Source: Planctomycetota bacterium
GTDB taxonomy: Bacteria > Planctomycetota > UBA1135 > GCA-002686595
Assembly (NCBI GenBank): GCA_020638875.1
Contig: JACKHS010000012.1
Span: 37,115 to 101,114 of the forward strand
Direction: 5' to 3'
DNA: 64,000 bases
Position numbers and translations under genes: made by a program. Below are positions 1 to 8,623 of this stretch, in pieces. The number at the start of each line of letters is the position of its first letter. Within the stretch, counting starts at the first letter, position 1. Under the pieces are notes generated by a model, which had not been told where the DNA came from, ran no database searches, and saw only the letters and a program-made list of their open reading frames with translations.

Positions 1-755
1 CGGCAGCGCGCTTCGTCGCGAAGCACGCGCACGACGAGCAGCCCTTCTTCCTGTTCGTGTCGTTCACCGCGCCGCACGGCCCGCTGCAACCGCGTGAGGC
101 CGACCTCGCGTCGCCCGAGCTCGCGCGCATCCCGGGCGAGCGCCGGCGCAAGTACGCGGGCCTCGTGAAGGCGCTCGACGACAACGTCGGCGTCGTGCTC
201 GACGCGCTCGAGCGCGCGGGCATCGCCGACGACACGCTGGTCGTGTTCACGAACGACAACGGCGGGCAGACGCAGACCGGCGCGAAGAACACGCCGCTGC
301 ACGGACGCAAGGGCACCGTCTGGGAGGGCGGCGTGCGCGTGCCGTGCGCGGTGCGCTGGCCGGGCGTCGTCGCGGCCGGTCGCGTGATCGACGCGCCCGC
401 GATCACGCTCGACCTCGCGCCGACCTTCTGCGCGCTCGCCGGCGCGCCCGCGCCGCCCGCTGCGGCGCTCGACGGCGTCGACCTCACGCCGCTCCTGCGC
501 GGCGCCGCGGCGGACCTCGGCGAGCGCACGTTCTACTGGCGCACCGACGGCGGCGCGGGCCCCGTCGGCGCGCGACGCGGGCGCTGGAAGCTCGTGTGGA
601 ACGACCGCGCGGCGGCGCCCGCGCTGTTCGACCTCGCCGCGGACGTCGGCGAGGCCCACGACCTCGCGCGCGAGCGCCCGGACGTCGTCGCCGAGCTGCG
701 CGCCGCCGTCGCGGCCTGGGAGGCGCAGATGATCGAGCCGCGCTGGGGCGGCTGA
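1..755 (+). CDS. sulfatase family protein, C-terminal part (5' end outside window)
   Basis: The frame-3 ORF is open to the window edge (..AKHAHDEQPFFLFVSFTAPHGPLQP..). Downstream NDNGGQ and GKGTVWEGGVRVP motifs are typical of type I sulfatases. Stop at 753-755. Track entry 57..755 is only the GTG-initiated tail. Confidence 0.8.
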   Translation, partial: AARFVAKHAHDEQPFFLFVSFTAPHGPLQPREADLASPELARIPGERRRKYAGLVKALDDNVGVVLDALERAGIADDTLVVFTNDNGGQTQTGAKNTPLHGRKGTVWEGGVRVPCAVRWPGVVAAGRVIDAPAITLDLAPTFCALAGAPAPPAAALDGVDLTPLLRGAAADLGERTFYWRTDGGAGPVGARRGRWKLVWNDRAAAPALFDLAADVGEAHDLARERPDVVAELRAAVAAWEAQMIEPRWGG

Positions 756-843
756 CGCGGCGGCGGCGCGATCGCGGCCCGGGTGCTACAGTGCCGCCGC
801 GCCGCCCGGCCTCGTGGGGAGCTCGCCGGCGCACGACGTCGCC

Positions 844-2019
844 ATGAGCCTCCGCGCCACCCTCGTCGCCGCGCTGTTCACCGCCTTCGCCGCCGCGCCG
901 CTCGAGGCGCGCCAGGTGCAGAGCCTGGTCGCGCACTGGGACTTCTCGGAGACGAGCGGCCCGACGCTGCACGACCTCTCGGCCAACGGTTACGACGCGA
1001 CGACGCAGGGCGGCGTCGTGCTCGGACAGCCGGGCGCGAGCGCGTCGAGCGGCAACGCGGCGCTCTTCAGCGCGGCGGGCAACTGCTTCGCGACGTTCGC
1101 GGGGTACGCGCCGCTCTCCGACCTGCGCTCGGACCTCAGCGTCGCCGCGTGGGTGCGCGCCGACAGCGGCTGGGCCGGGCCGACGCCGCGGCGCATCTTC
1201 GGCGGCCAGTCCGCGGGCTGGAGCTGCGGCATCAACCCCAACGGCTTGCGCTTCACCACCGTGGGCGTGCTCGACTACGACCTGCCGCTGCCTTCCTCCT
1301 ACCCCATCGGACAGTGGTTCCACGTCGCGTTCGTGTTCGACGCGGCCTTCGACGTGACCTACTACATCGACGGCGTCGCCGTCGGACAGGTGACCGGCAG
1401 TCAGCAGGCCAACGTGAACGCGGGCAACTGGCTGCTCGGCTCGTGGAGCGGGAACATCGAGTTCTGGGACGGCGCGCTCGACGACGTGCAGGTCTACCAG
1501 GGCACGCTGACGCCCGCCGACGTCGCCTTCCTGCACGCCAACCCCGGCGCGACGGTCGCGCCCGGCGGCGGCGCGTACTACTGCGCGGGCGACGGCAGCG
1601 TGACGCCGTGCCCGTGCGGCAACAACGGCGCCGCGGGCGAGGGCTGCGCCAACTCGACCGGCCAGGGCGCGCGCGTGGCCTTGATCGGCACGGTCAGCGT
1701 GACCGGCGACGACCTCGTCTTCGCCGCGACGCAGCTCGTTCCCGCGCAGCCGGCGGTTCTGTTCGCCGCGCACAACGCGCTGCCGGCGCCCTACCTCGGC
1801 GACGGGTTGCGCTGCGCCGGCGGCGGCGCGGTGCGCCTCGGGCTGCGCATGACCGACGCGAGCGGCGCGGCGAGCTGGGGCCCGGGCCTCGCCGCGACGG
1901 CCGGCTGGCAGGCCGGCGACACGCGGCGCTTCCAGGTGTGGTACGCCGACGGGCTCGCGTCGCCGTGCGGCGGCGGCGCCAACCTCTCGGCCGCGGTCGA
2001 GCTCGTCTTCACGCTCTGA
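844..2019 (+). CDS. secreted LamG/concanavalin-like domain protein with Cys-rich C-terminal domain
   Basis: Track ORF 814..2019. The ATG at 844 gives a Sec-type signal MSLRATLVAALFTAFAAAPLEA. The LamG-like block includes WDFSE, QWFHVAFVFD and GNIEFWDGALDDVQVY. The C-terminal ~150 aa contain YYCAGDGSVTPCPCGNNGAAGEGCANS and GDGLRCAGG. Confidence 0.65.
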   Translation: MSLRATLVAALFTAFAAAPLEARQVQSLVAHWDFSETSGPTLHDLSANGYDATTQGGVVLGQPGASASSGNAALFSAAGNCFATFAGYAPLSDLRSDLSVAAWVRADSGWAGPTPRRIFGGQSAGWSCGINPNGLRFTTVGVLDYDLPLPSSYPIGQWFHVAFVFDAAFDVTYYIDGVAVGQVTGSQQANVNAGNWLLGSWSGNIEFWDGALDDVQVYQGTLTPADVAFLHANPGATVAPGGGAYYCAGDGSVTPCPCGNNGAAGEGCANSTGQGARVALIGTVSVTGDDLVFAATQLVPAQPAVLFAAHNALPAPYLGDGLRCAGGGAVRLGLRMTDASGAASWGPGLAATAGWQAGDTRRFQVWYADGLASPCGGGANLSAAVELVFTL

Positions 2020-2031
2020 GCCGCGGGCGGC

Positions 2032-3441
2032 TCAGCCGTCGACCTCGCGCGCGCTGCAGTCGGCGCAGATGCCGTGCGTGACCTCGAAGTCGAGCTCCGA
2101 CGGCAGGAACTGCGCGAGCGGGAGCCAGCGGCCGTCGCGCGTCGAGATGCGCAGGCACCACGCGCACGCGCGCACCTGCGCCTCGCCCGTGCGCAGCAGG
2201 TCGAGCGCGGGGTGCCCCGCGTCGAGCACGGCGCGGATCGTCGCCGAGAGCGTCGCGTGCGCGTCGACGAGGCGCCGGCGATAGTTGGCGAGCACCTCCC
2301 AGTCCTCGGGCGTCGCGGCGGAGAGCTCGGGCAGCTCGAGCGTGACCTGGTGCACCTCGGCGATGCGGCGCAGCGAGGCCGCGGCGGCGAGCTCGTAGGC
2401 GTGACGCGCGAGGTCGGGCGCGCCGAACTCCTCGCCGAGCACGCGCGCCAGGTCGCTGGCCTCCTCGATCAACGCGTCGCGGCGGAGCTGCACCGGGTAC
2501 TCGTCGAGCAGTTCGCGCGCGCAGAGCAGCGCGGACGCGCGGTCGCCGACCTCGTCGAGCTCGTAGCGCATGCGCAGGCGCAACGCCTCCAGCCGCGCCG
2601 GGATCATCCAGTCGACCTCCGAGTGCGGCGCGGCGGCGCGGCGCTCCAGCGCCTCGAGCAGCTCGCGCCGGCGCGCGGGCTGCAGCGCGTACTCGAGGCT
2701 CAGGCGGTCGCCCTCGATCATGTAGCGCAGCTTGCCGCTGCGCGACGGGTCCATGCGCTCGGTGTGGTCGAGCGCGACGAGCGCGTGCGCGAGCGCGTCG
2801 GCCACCTCACCCTGCGCGGCCGCCAAGCGCGAGCGCCACAACCACGTCACGGCGAGCACGAGCGCGCCGTTGGTCTCCAGCTTCGCCGCGCGCGCCAACT
2901 CCGGCGGCTGCTCCAGCTCGCGCAAGGCGCGCTCGTACTCGCCGACGCGGAAGAGCACCATCCCGCGGCGGGCATGGCCGAGCCCCGCGAGCGCCGCCTC
3001 GCCGGTCTGCAGCGCGTGCGTGACGGCGCGGCCCGAGAGCACGAGGCTCTCGAAGTAGCGGCCGAGGAAGAAGTAGACGAGTGAGAGGTTGAGCAGCGCG
3101 ATCAGCCACTCCGCGTCCTTCACGTCACGGCCCGCGTCGAGCGCCTCGCGCCAGTAGCGCCCGGCCTCCGGCGCGCGCCCGCCGTACCACGCCATCGAGG
3201 CCAGCGCGTCCACGGCGCGCCGACGCGTCAGGCCGTCGAGCGTCGCGACGACGTGCAGCATCAGCGGGCGCAGCTCGGGCGCGAGCGTGTCCTTCGCCTC
3301 GCTCACGAGCCACGCCGCGCGCTCGGAGTCGGCGCACACGCGCTCGGGCGGCAGCGCTGCGTACGCGACCACCGCCGCGCGCCGATCGCGCTCGCGCAGC
3401 GCGTCCGCGCGCCTCAACTCCGGGTCGTCGCTCGCCGTCAT
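2032..3441 (-). CDS. TPR-like helical-repeat protein with C-terminal CxxC...HGICxxC zinc-ribbon-like motif
   Basis: Track ORF 2032..3891. The first 150 codons are antisense to the yceH-like gene and low-complexity, so the start is placed at the ATG at 3441 (MTASDDPELRR). The body is Ala/Leu-rich helical repeats. It ends in CAWCLRISTRDGRWLPL...THGICADCSARE. Confidence 0.6.
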   Translation of the reverse strand: MTASDDPELRRADALRERDRRAAVVAYAALPPERVCADSERAAWLVSEAKDTLAPELRPLMLHVVATLDGLTRRRAVDALASMAWYGGRAPEAGRYWREALDAGRDVKDAEWLIALLNLSLVYFFLGRYFESLVLSGRAVTHALQTGEAALAGLGHARRGMVLFRVGEYERALRELEQPPELARAAKLETNGALVLAVTWLWRSRLAAAQGEVADALAHALVALDHTERMDPSRSGKLRYMIEGDRLSLEYALQPARRRELLEALERRAAAPHSEVDWMIPARLEALRLRMRYELDEVGDRASALLCARELLDEYPVQLRRDALIEEASDLARVLGEEFGAPDLARHAYELAAAASLRRIAEVHQVTLELPELSAATPEDWEVLANYRRRLVDAHATLSATIRAVLDAGHPALDLLRTGEAQVRACAWCLRISTRDGRWLPLAQFLPSELDFEVTHGICADCSAREVDG

Positions 3442-3703
3442 GCGCGTCGACGAAGGCGCCCGTCCGCGAGGGAGCGCGGAGAGCACGCGGGGAGCGAGTC
3501 GCGCGACGCGACGGCCTCGTTGGATCGGGACGTGACCATGTGCAGGCGCCGCGGCGGGACTCGGGCGCCGCTCGGGAGCGGCTCGCGCGCGGACTGCGAG
3601 TCCTTCCTGTACCCGCCCGACGCGCGCCCGACAAGCGCCGACCCGCTTCCCGCCGTGCCGCGCCCGCGCTTGCGCCGCGCGGCGACGCGCCGACAATGAG
3701 GAC

Positions 3704-4369
3704 ATGGAAGACCTGCTGGAGCTCGAACCGCACGAGGCGCGCGTGCTGGGCGTCCTGATCGAGAAGGAGCTGACCACGCCGGACCAGTACCCGCTCTCGC
3801 TCAACGGCCTCACCAACGGCTGCAACCAGAAGTCGAACCGCGAGCCGGTGATGGAGCTCTCCAACAGCGCCGTCTCGATGCTGCTCGACAAGCTCGTGAT
3901 CCGCGGCCTGGTCGGGCGCGTCGCCAGCGCGGGCAGCCGCGTCGAGCACTACCGCCACAACGCGCGCGAGCGCCTGGATTGCCAGGTGCCGCAACTCGCG
4001 CTGTTGTGCGAGCTGCTCGTGCGCGGGCCGCAGAGCGCGAGTCAGCTGCGCAAGCGCATCGAGCGCATGGTGCAGCTCGACGCGCAGGAGGTCTTCGACA
4101 GCCACCTGTCGCAGTTGCAGAAGCGCGGCCTCGTGAAGCTCGTCCCGGCGGGCATGGGCTCGCGCGCGGAGCGCTACGCGCAGACGCTCAGCCCCGACGC
4201 GCACCCGCTCGACGGTCCTGCGGCCCCGGCGCCGGCCGCGCACGCGCCGCGCAGCGGCGACGCCTCCGCGCTCGAGGTACGCGTCGCCAAGCTCGAGGCG
4301 CAGCTCGCGCGCCTCGCGGCCGAGCTCGGCGTCGAGCTCGAGGCCGAGGACTCAGCTCCGGCCGAGTGA
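3704..4369 (+). CDS. YceH/DUF480 family protein
   Basis: N-terminus MEDLLELEPHEARVLGVLIEKELTTPDQYPLSLNGLTNGCNQKSNREPVM is the characteristic DUF480 (UPF0502, YceH) signature. A coiled C-terminal tail follows. Confidence 0.85.
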   Translation: MEDLLELEPHEARVLGVLIEKELTTPDQYPLSLNGLTNGCNQKSNREPVMELSNSAVSMLLDKLVIRGLVGRVASAGSRVEHYRHNARERLDCQVPQLALLCELLVRGPQSASQLRKRIERMVQLDAQEVFDSHLSQLQKRGLVKLVPAGMGSRAERYAQTLSPDAHPLDGPAAPAPAAHAPRSGDASALEVRVAKLEAQLARLAAELGVELEAEDSAPAE

Positions 4370-5146
4370 GGCCATCACGTCGAGCAACTCGGCCGCGACG
4401 GAGATCGCGATCGCGGCCGGCTCCTTCGACGACTTCGTCACGCCGATCGGGCAGCGCACCGAGCCGATCTGCGCGGGCGTGAAGCCGCGCGCGGCGAGGC
4501 GCCTCCGGAAGCGCGCCCACTTGCGCTCGGAGCCGATCAGCCCGACGTACGGGAAGCCGCCGCGCGCGAGCAACGCCTCGAGGATCGCGAGGTCGAGCGC
4601 GTGGTCGTGCGTCATCACGAGCACCAGCGCGTCCTGCGGCAGGCGCGCGACCTCGCCTTCGGGCGCGTCGATGCACGTGAGCGTCCACGAGCGGCCCGCG
4701 GGCGGCGTCGGCACCAGCTCGGCCTCGTCGCGCGGGTCGACGAGCTCGAGCTCCGCGCCGAGGTAGCCGTGCAGCCCGGCGAGCGCCTGCGCCACGTGCC
4801 CCGCGCCGAAGACGACGACGCGCCGCGCGGTCCACGGGAAGACCTCGAAGAAGAGGGTCACGTGGCCGCCGCAGCACTGGCCCGCGGCCTCGGCCAGCGG
4901 GAACTCGGCGGACTCCGAGCGCGCGCGCCCGGTCGCGACGAGCTCGCTGGCGCGCACGATCGCGAGGTGCTCGAGCTTGCCGCCGCCGATCGTGCCCCAC
5001 ACCAGCTCGCCGCCGGCGACGACGAGCCGCGCGCCGACCTCGCGCGGCGTCGAGCCCTTCACCTCGGTCACGACCACGACCGCGCACGGCGTCCCCGCCG
5101 CGCGCAGCTCCGCGAGGACCTCGAACCAGGCGCGCTCGGTGTGCAT
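4352..5146 (-). CDS. XdhC/CoxI family accessory protein
   Basis: Track ORF 4352..5464. A plausible start is the ATG at 5146 (MHTERAWFEVLAELRAAGTPCAVVVVTEVKGSTPREVGARLVV..GTIGGG). A Rossmann-like VVVFGAGHVAQALA block follows. The 3' end overlaps the convergent yceH-like gene by 18 nt. Confidence 0.75.
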   Translation of the reverse strand: MHTERAWFEVLAELRAAGTPCAVVVVTEVKGSTPREVGARLVVAGGELVWGTIGGGKLEHLAIVRASELVATGRARSESAEFPLAEAAGQCCGGHVTLFFEVFPWTARRVVVFGAGHVAQALAGLHGYLGAELELVDPRDEAELVPTPPAGRSWTLTCIDAPEGEVARLPQDALVLVMTHDHALDLAILEALLARGGFPYVGLIGSERKWARFRRRLAARGFTPAQIGSVRCPIGVTKSSKEPAAIAISVAAELLDVMASLGRS

Positions 5147-5181
5147 GCGCACAGGGTAGCGGACGCGCGGGTGCAGCGGGC

Positions 5182-6294
5182 TCAGCGTCCGTCCGTCGAC
5201 GCGCCGAGCGAGGCGTCGTCGGCGCGCGGGATCGCTGACACGGGCAGCGTCAGCTCGCCGCTCCAGCGCGCGTGCGCGCCCCACAGGCGCAGGGCGTCGC
5301 GGTCGGTGCCGCGCACGCGCAGGGAGTAGCTCGCCCCGAGCTCGGGGTCGTCGAGCGCCTCCTGCGGGAGCTCGGGCAGCTTCCAGCCGACCACCCGCCA
5401 GGGATCGGCGTGGCCGGGCGCGGCCAGGGCGAACCAGTCCTGAGCGTCGAGGTCGAGGCGCCACGTGCGCAACGACTCGTCACCGCGCAGGAGCTCGACC
5501 TCCAGCGCGAGGCCCACGCCCGCGAGCGCGGGGTGGCGCGCGACGTCGGGCTCGAAGCGCAGGTGCGGCCGGCCTTCGCCGATGAAGCGCAACGAGTCGC
5601 GCACCGCGTCCTCGAGCGCCGCGCTCGTCACCGGCGGCAGCGCCTCGTCCAGCGTCGCGACGACGTCGACCGGGAAGGTCATCGTGCCGAGGGCTCGAGT
5701 CCGCCCGGTGGCGAACGAGCGGCGCGGTCCGACGTCGGCCGTCAGGGTGCTGCACAGCCGCACCTCGAACTCGAGCACGTGGGAGCCGAGCGGGAGCTCG
5801 CCGAGCTCCTGGTAGCGCTCGAGCTGCCACTCGAGCTGCATCCCGTCGCCGCACATGCGCGTGCCGCAGATGCCGACCTGCGCGGTGCGCCATCCGGTCC
5901 ACGTCGGCACGAGTTGCAGCTCGCACCCGTCGAGCCACGTCGCCTCGCGCAACGAGACGGCGAAGGGCACCCCCGCCACCCAGCGCGCGGGCACGTGCAC
6001 GACGCCGGTGCGCACGAACAGGCGCCGCCACTGCGCGACGCTCGGCGCGAGGCCTTCGTCCAGCCGCCGCCGCAGCTCCTCCGCGTAGCGATCGCGCCGC
6101 ACCTCGCCCGGACCGGCCTCGGCGTCCAGCACGAACTCGCGCCCGACGACGGGCACCCGCTCGATCAACGCGTCGAGCTCGAGCGCGGTCACGTCCTCGA
6201 CGGACGCGGGCGGCGGCAGCACCGGATCCTCCGGGCTGCGGTACGGACCGCCGCCGTGGAGCGCGAGGAGCAGAGGCAGGGCGAGGAGGGACAT
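5182..6294 (-). CDS. hypothetical secreted protein
   Basis: 370-codon ORF with normal composition and a short hydrophobic N-terminus MSLLALPLLLAL. I recognise no family motif. Confidence 0.55.
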   Translation of the reverse strand: MSLLALPLLLALHGGGPYRSPEDPVLPPPASVEDVTALELDALIERVPVVGREFVLDAEAGPGEVRRDRYAEELRRRLDEGLAPSVAQWRRLFVRTGVVHVPARWVAGVPFAVSLREATWLDGCELQLVPTWTGWRTAQVGICGTRMCGDGMQLEWQLERYQELGELPLGSHVLEFEVRLCSTLTADVGPRRSFATGRTRALGTMTFPVDVVATLDEALPPVTSAALEDAVRDSLRFIGEGRPHLRFEPDVARHPALAGVGLALEVELLRGDESLRTWRLDLDAQDWFALAAPGHADPWRVVGWKLPELPQEALDDPELGASYSLRVRGTDRDALRLWGAHARWSGELTLPVSAIPRADDASLGASTDGR

Positions 6295-6386
6295 GGCACG
6301 AGCGGAGTGGGCGCTCGATCCTAGTGTCGGTTCCGCGTGTGGTCACGCCGACCGTCCGCCGCCGCGCGCGAGTAGACTCCGCCCCC

Positions 6387-7403
6387 ATGCCCCGCCCCGT
6401 CGCCAATCCCCCCAATCCCTGGCACACGACGCACGTCGAGTGGCTCGGGGAGCCGCCGGCGGCGAAGCTCGAGGTGTTCGAAGAGGAGGCGCGCTCGATG
6501 CTGTCGAAGAACGACAGCCCCGACGTGCCCTTCCGCTACGGAGTGAACCCCTACCGCGGGTGCTTCCACGGCTGCGCGTACTGCTACGCGCGGCGCTCGC
6601 ACCAGTACCTCGACTGGGGCGCGGGGACGGACTTCGAGCGCAAGCTCGTCGTCAAGACGAACGCCGAGGCGGCGCTGCGGCGCGACCTCGCTCGACGGAG
6701 CTGGAAGCGCGAGACGCTCGTCTTCTCGGGCAACACCGACTGCTACCAGCCGCTCGAGGCGAGCTACGGGCTGACGCGCGCGTGCCTCGAAGCGTGCCTC
6801 GAGTTCAGGAACCCGGTCGGCGTCATCACCAAGAGCGCGCTCGTCGCGCGCGACGCCGAGCTGCTCGCGCGGCTCGAGCGCGCGGCCGGCGCCACGGTGG
6901 TGCTCTCGATCCCCTTCGCCGACGCGGACATGGCGCGCGCGATCGAGCCGTACGCGCCGGCGCCCGAGCGGCGCTTCGCCGCGCTGCGCGCGCTGCACGA
7001 GGCGGGCGTGCCCGTGCGCGTCGCGGTCGCGCCGGTGATCCCGGGCCTCAACGAGGCGCAGATCCCCGAGGTGCTCGAGCGCGCGGTGGCGGCGGGCGCG
7101 CGCGGCGCCTTCATGATCCTGCTGCGCCTGCCGCAGGAGGTCGACGCGGTCTTCCGCGAGCGGCTCGCCGAGGCCTACCCCGACCGCGCGAAGAAGGTGC
7201 TCGCCGCGCTCGAGGACATGCGGTCCGCGCAGACCTCGCGCAGCGCCTTCGGCCAGCGCATGCGCGGCGCCGGCCCGCGCTGGCAGGCGGTCGAGGACCT
7301 CTTCCGCCTGCACTGCCGCCGGCTCGGGCTCGACGTGCAGCCGATGGAGTTCCCCGAGGAGGCGCCGCGACCGCGCGCGGCGGCGCAGGGCGAGCTCTTC
7401 TGA
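6387..7403 (+). CDS. PA0069-family radical SAM protein
   Basis: NPYRGCFHGCAYCYAR carries the CxxxCxxC radical SAM cluster motif in the context typical of the PA0069/SPL-like family. Track ORF starts at 6324. The ATG at 6387 (MPRPVANPPNPW) is preferred, but the start is uncertain. Confidence 0.8.
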   Translation: MPRPVANPPNPWHTTHVEWLGEPPAAKLEVFEEEARSMLSKNDSPDVPFRYGVNPYRGCFHGCAYCYARRSHQYLDWGAGTDFERKLVVKTNAEAALRRDLARRSWKRETLVFSGNTDCYQPLEASYGLTRACLEACLEFRNPVGVITKSALVARDAELLARLERAAGATVVLSIPFADADMARAIEPYAPAPERRFAALRALHEAGVPVRVAVAPVIPGLNEAQIPEVLERAVAAGARGAFMILLRLPQEVDAVFRERLAEAYPDRAKKVLAALEDMRSAQTSRSAFGQRMRGAGPRWQAVEDLFRLHCRRLGLDVQPMEFPEEAPRPRAAAQGELF

Positions 7404-7655
7404 AGGGCGTCGCGACGCCGCCCGCGCGCGCCGGCGGCGCAGCGCGCCAGCGGGCCTGCTACGGCACGACCCGGCAGGAGTCGGCCGGGTGGTGTGCGGC
7501 ACCGAGACGCTGACGGAGGCTGCGCGGTGCGCGTCGGGCCGGTGTCGCGGCGCCGGTTTCCGGCGTCTGGCCCCTCGGGTTGCTGCGGCACGACCTGGGG
7601 GTGTCGTGCGGGTGGAGTGCGACACCGTATGGGGGCGCGGGGGGCTGTTAACGAC

Positions 7656-7683
7656 CGAAGGCCGGCGCGGGCGCCGGCCTTCG
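7656..7683. terminator. GC-rich hairpin between convergent radical SAM gene and tRNA-Val
   Basis: cgaaggccggcgc-gg-gcgccggccttcg is a perfect 13-bp stem, 8 nt beyond the tRNA 3' end. No clear U-tract on either strand. Confidence 0.4.
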
Positions 7684-7691
7684 TTGTGGGC

Positions 7692-7767
7692 TGGTGGGCG
7701 ATACTGGACTCGAACCAGTAACCTCCACGCTGTGAACATGGCACTCTACCAATTGAGTTAATCGCCC
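7692..7767 (-). tRNA. tRNA-Val (anticodon CAC), CCA encoded
   Basis: The reverse complement reads GGGCGAU-UA-ACUC..GAGU-G-CCAUG-UUCACAG-CGUGG-AGGUU-ACUGG-UUCGAGU-CCAGU-AUCGCCC-A-CCA. It has a 7-bp acceptor stem, a 5-bp anticodon stem, loop UUCACAG (anticodon CAC) and a GTTCGAGTC T-loop. Confidence 0.93.
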
Positions 7768-7878
7768 ACGGAGGGCCGGGGAGTCTAGGGAGGAGGCCGG
7801 CGCAGGGCAAGCCCTCCTTCCGGCTTTTGAGCGGCCGCGCGGCGGCGTCCGGGCGCCGTGGGGCGCGGACGCGCGCGC

Positions 7879-8592
7879 TCAGGGCTCGGCCTGCTCGTCC
7901 GCGTCGCGCTCGCCCTCGTCGGCCTCGTCCTCGTCGCCGGCGCGGTAGTGGCGGCGCAGGATCTCCCCCAGGCGGCCCTCGGCGCGGCGCAGCAGCATGC
8001 GCACGGCGTCCTCGGTGCGGCCGTCCATGAGCTGGCCGGCCTCGCGCAGGCTGCGGCCCTGGAAGAAGACCAGCGTGATCGCCTTGCGGTGGTCCTCGCT
8101 GAGCTCCTCGAGCGCGCGGCGCACGAGGTCGAAGTCCTCCTTCTGCTGCACCTGCATCGTGACCGTGAGGTCGTCCGAGGGCGGCTCGAAGAAGTTCACG
8201 CCGCGCCCCTCCGCGTTGGCCGGCACCGCGTCGATCGAGCGCTCCTTGGACAGGTCGCGCTTGGTCGCGGAGTAGAACTCGGCCCGGTCGCGGATCTTGT
8301 TCTGGAGGATCTGGATCAGCCAGGACAGCAGGCTGCCCTCGCCGCGCCAGGTGTAGCTCTTGAAGTCGCGCGTGGCCTCCCGGAACGTCGTCTGCGCGAG
8401 GTCGTCGGGCTCCTCCTTGCTGCGCAACCGCGCGCCCAGCCGCATGCGCGCCACGTGCAGCATGGTCTGGTAGTGGCGCGTGAAGAGCTCGTTGAGCGCC
8501 TCCGGGTCGCCGGCCTGCGCCAGGTTCACGAGCTCCTTGACCTCGAGCGCGCGGTAGTCCGGTCGGGTCTCGTCGGAGGCGGGAGAGGTCAT
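7879..8592 (-). CDS. ECF-type sigma-70 family RNA polymerase sigma factor with acidic C-terminal tail
   Basis: Region 2 (DDLAQTTFREATRDF, WLIQILQNKIRD) and region 4 (HRKAITLVFFQGRSLREAGQLMDGRTEDAVRMLLRRA) are recognisable. The tail is DEDEADEGERDADEQAEP. Confidence 0.85.
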   Translation of the reverse strand: MTSPASDETRPDYRALEVKELVNLAQAGDPEALNELFTRHYQTMLHVARMRLGARLRSKEEPDDLAQTTFREATRDFKSYTWRGEGSLLSWLIQILQNKIRDRAEFYSATKRDLSKERSIDAVPANAEGRGVNFFEPPSDDLTVTMQVQQKEDFDLVRRALEELSEDHRKAITLVFFQGRSLREAGQLMDGRTEDAVRMLLRRAEGRLGEILRRHYRAGDEDEADEGERDADEQAEP

Positions 8593-8623
8593 CGCTGGGA
8601 GGCGCGGGGGGAGCCGGGGCGGC

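Noticed and set aside
2032-3891. Full 619-codon version of the TPR-like ORF
   Set aside because: Its first 150 codons overlap the well-supported yceH-like gene on the opposite strand and are Ser/Arg-rich low complexity. The ATG at 3441 is used instead.
4352-5146. Orphan XdhC-like gene as the maturation factor for the MopB protein at 50-53 kb
   Set aside because: It is 45 kb away in an unrelated gene context, with no xanthine-dehydrogenase or CO-dehydrogenase genes nearby. No sequence evidence links the two.
7404-7900. tRNA-Val as an integration hotspot with an adjacent genomic island, and the 288-nt spacer as an ncRNA (SRP, 6S or tmRNA)
   Set aside because: - No integrase or phage gene is present, and I noticed no direct repeat of the tRNA 3' end.
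- The spacer has several short GC hairpins and a repeated cggcacgacc motif, but none of the conserved motifs of SRP, 6S, RNase P or tmRNA that I can recognise.
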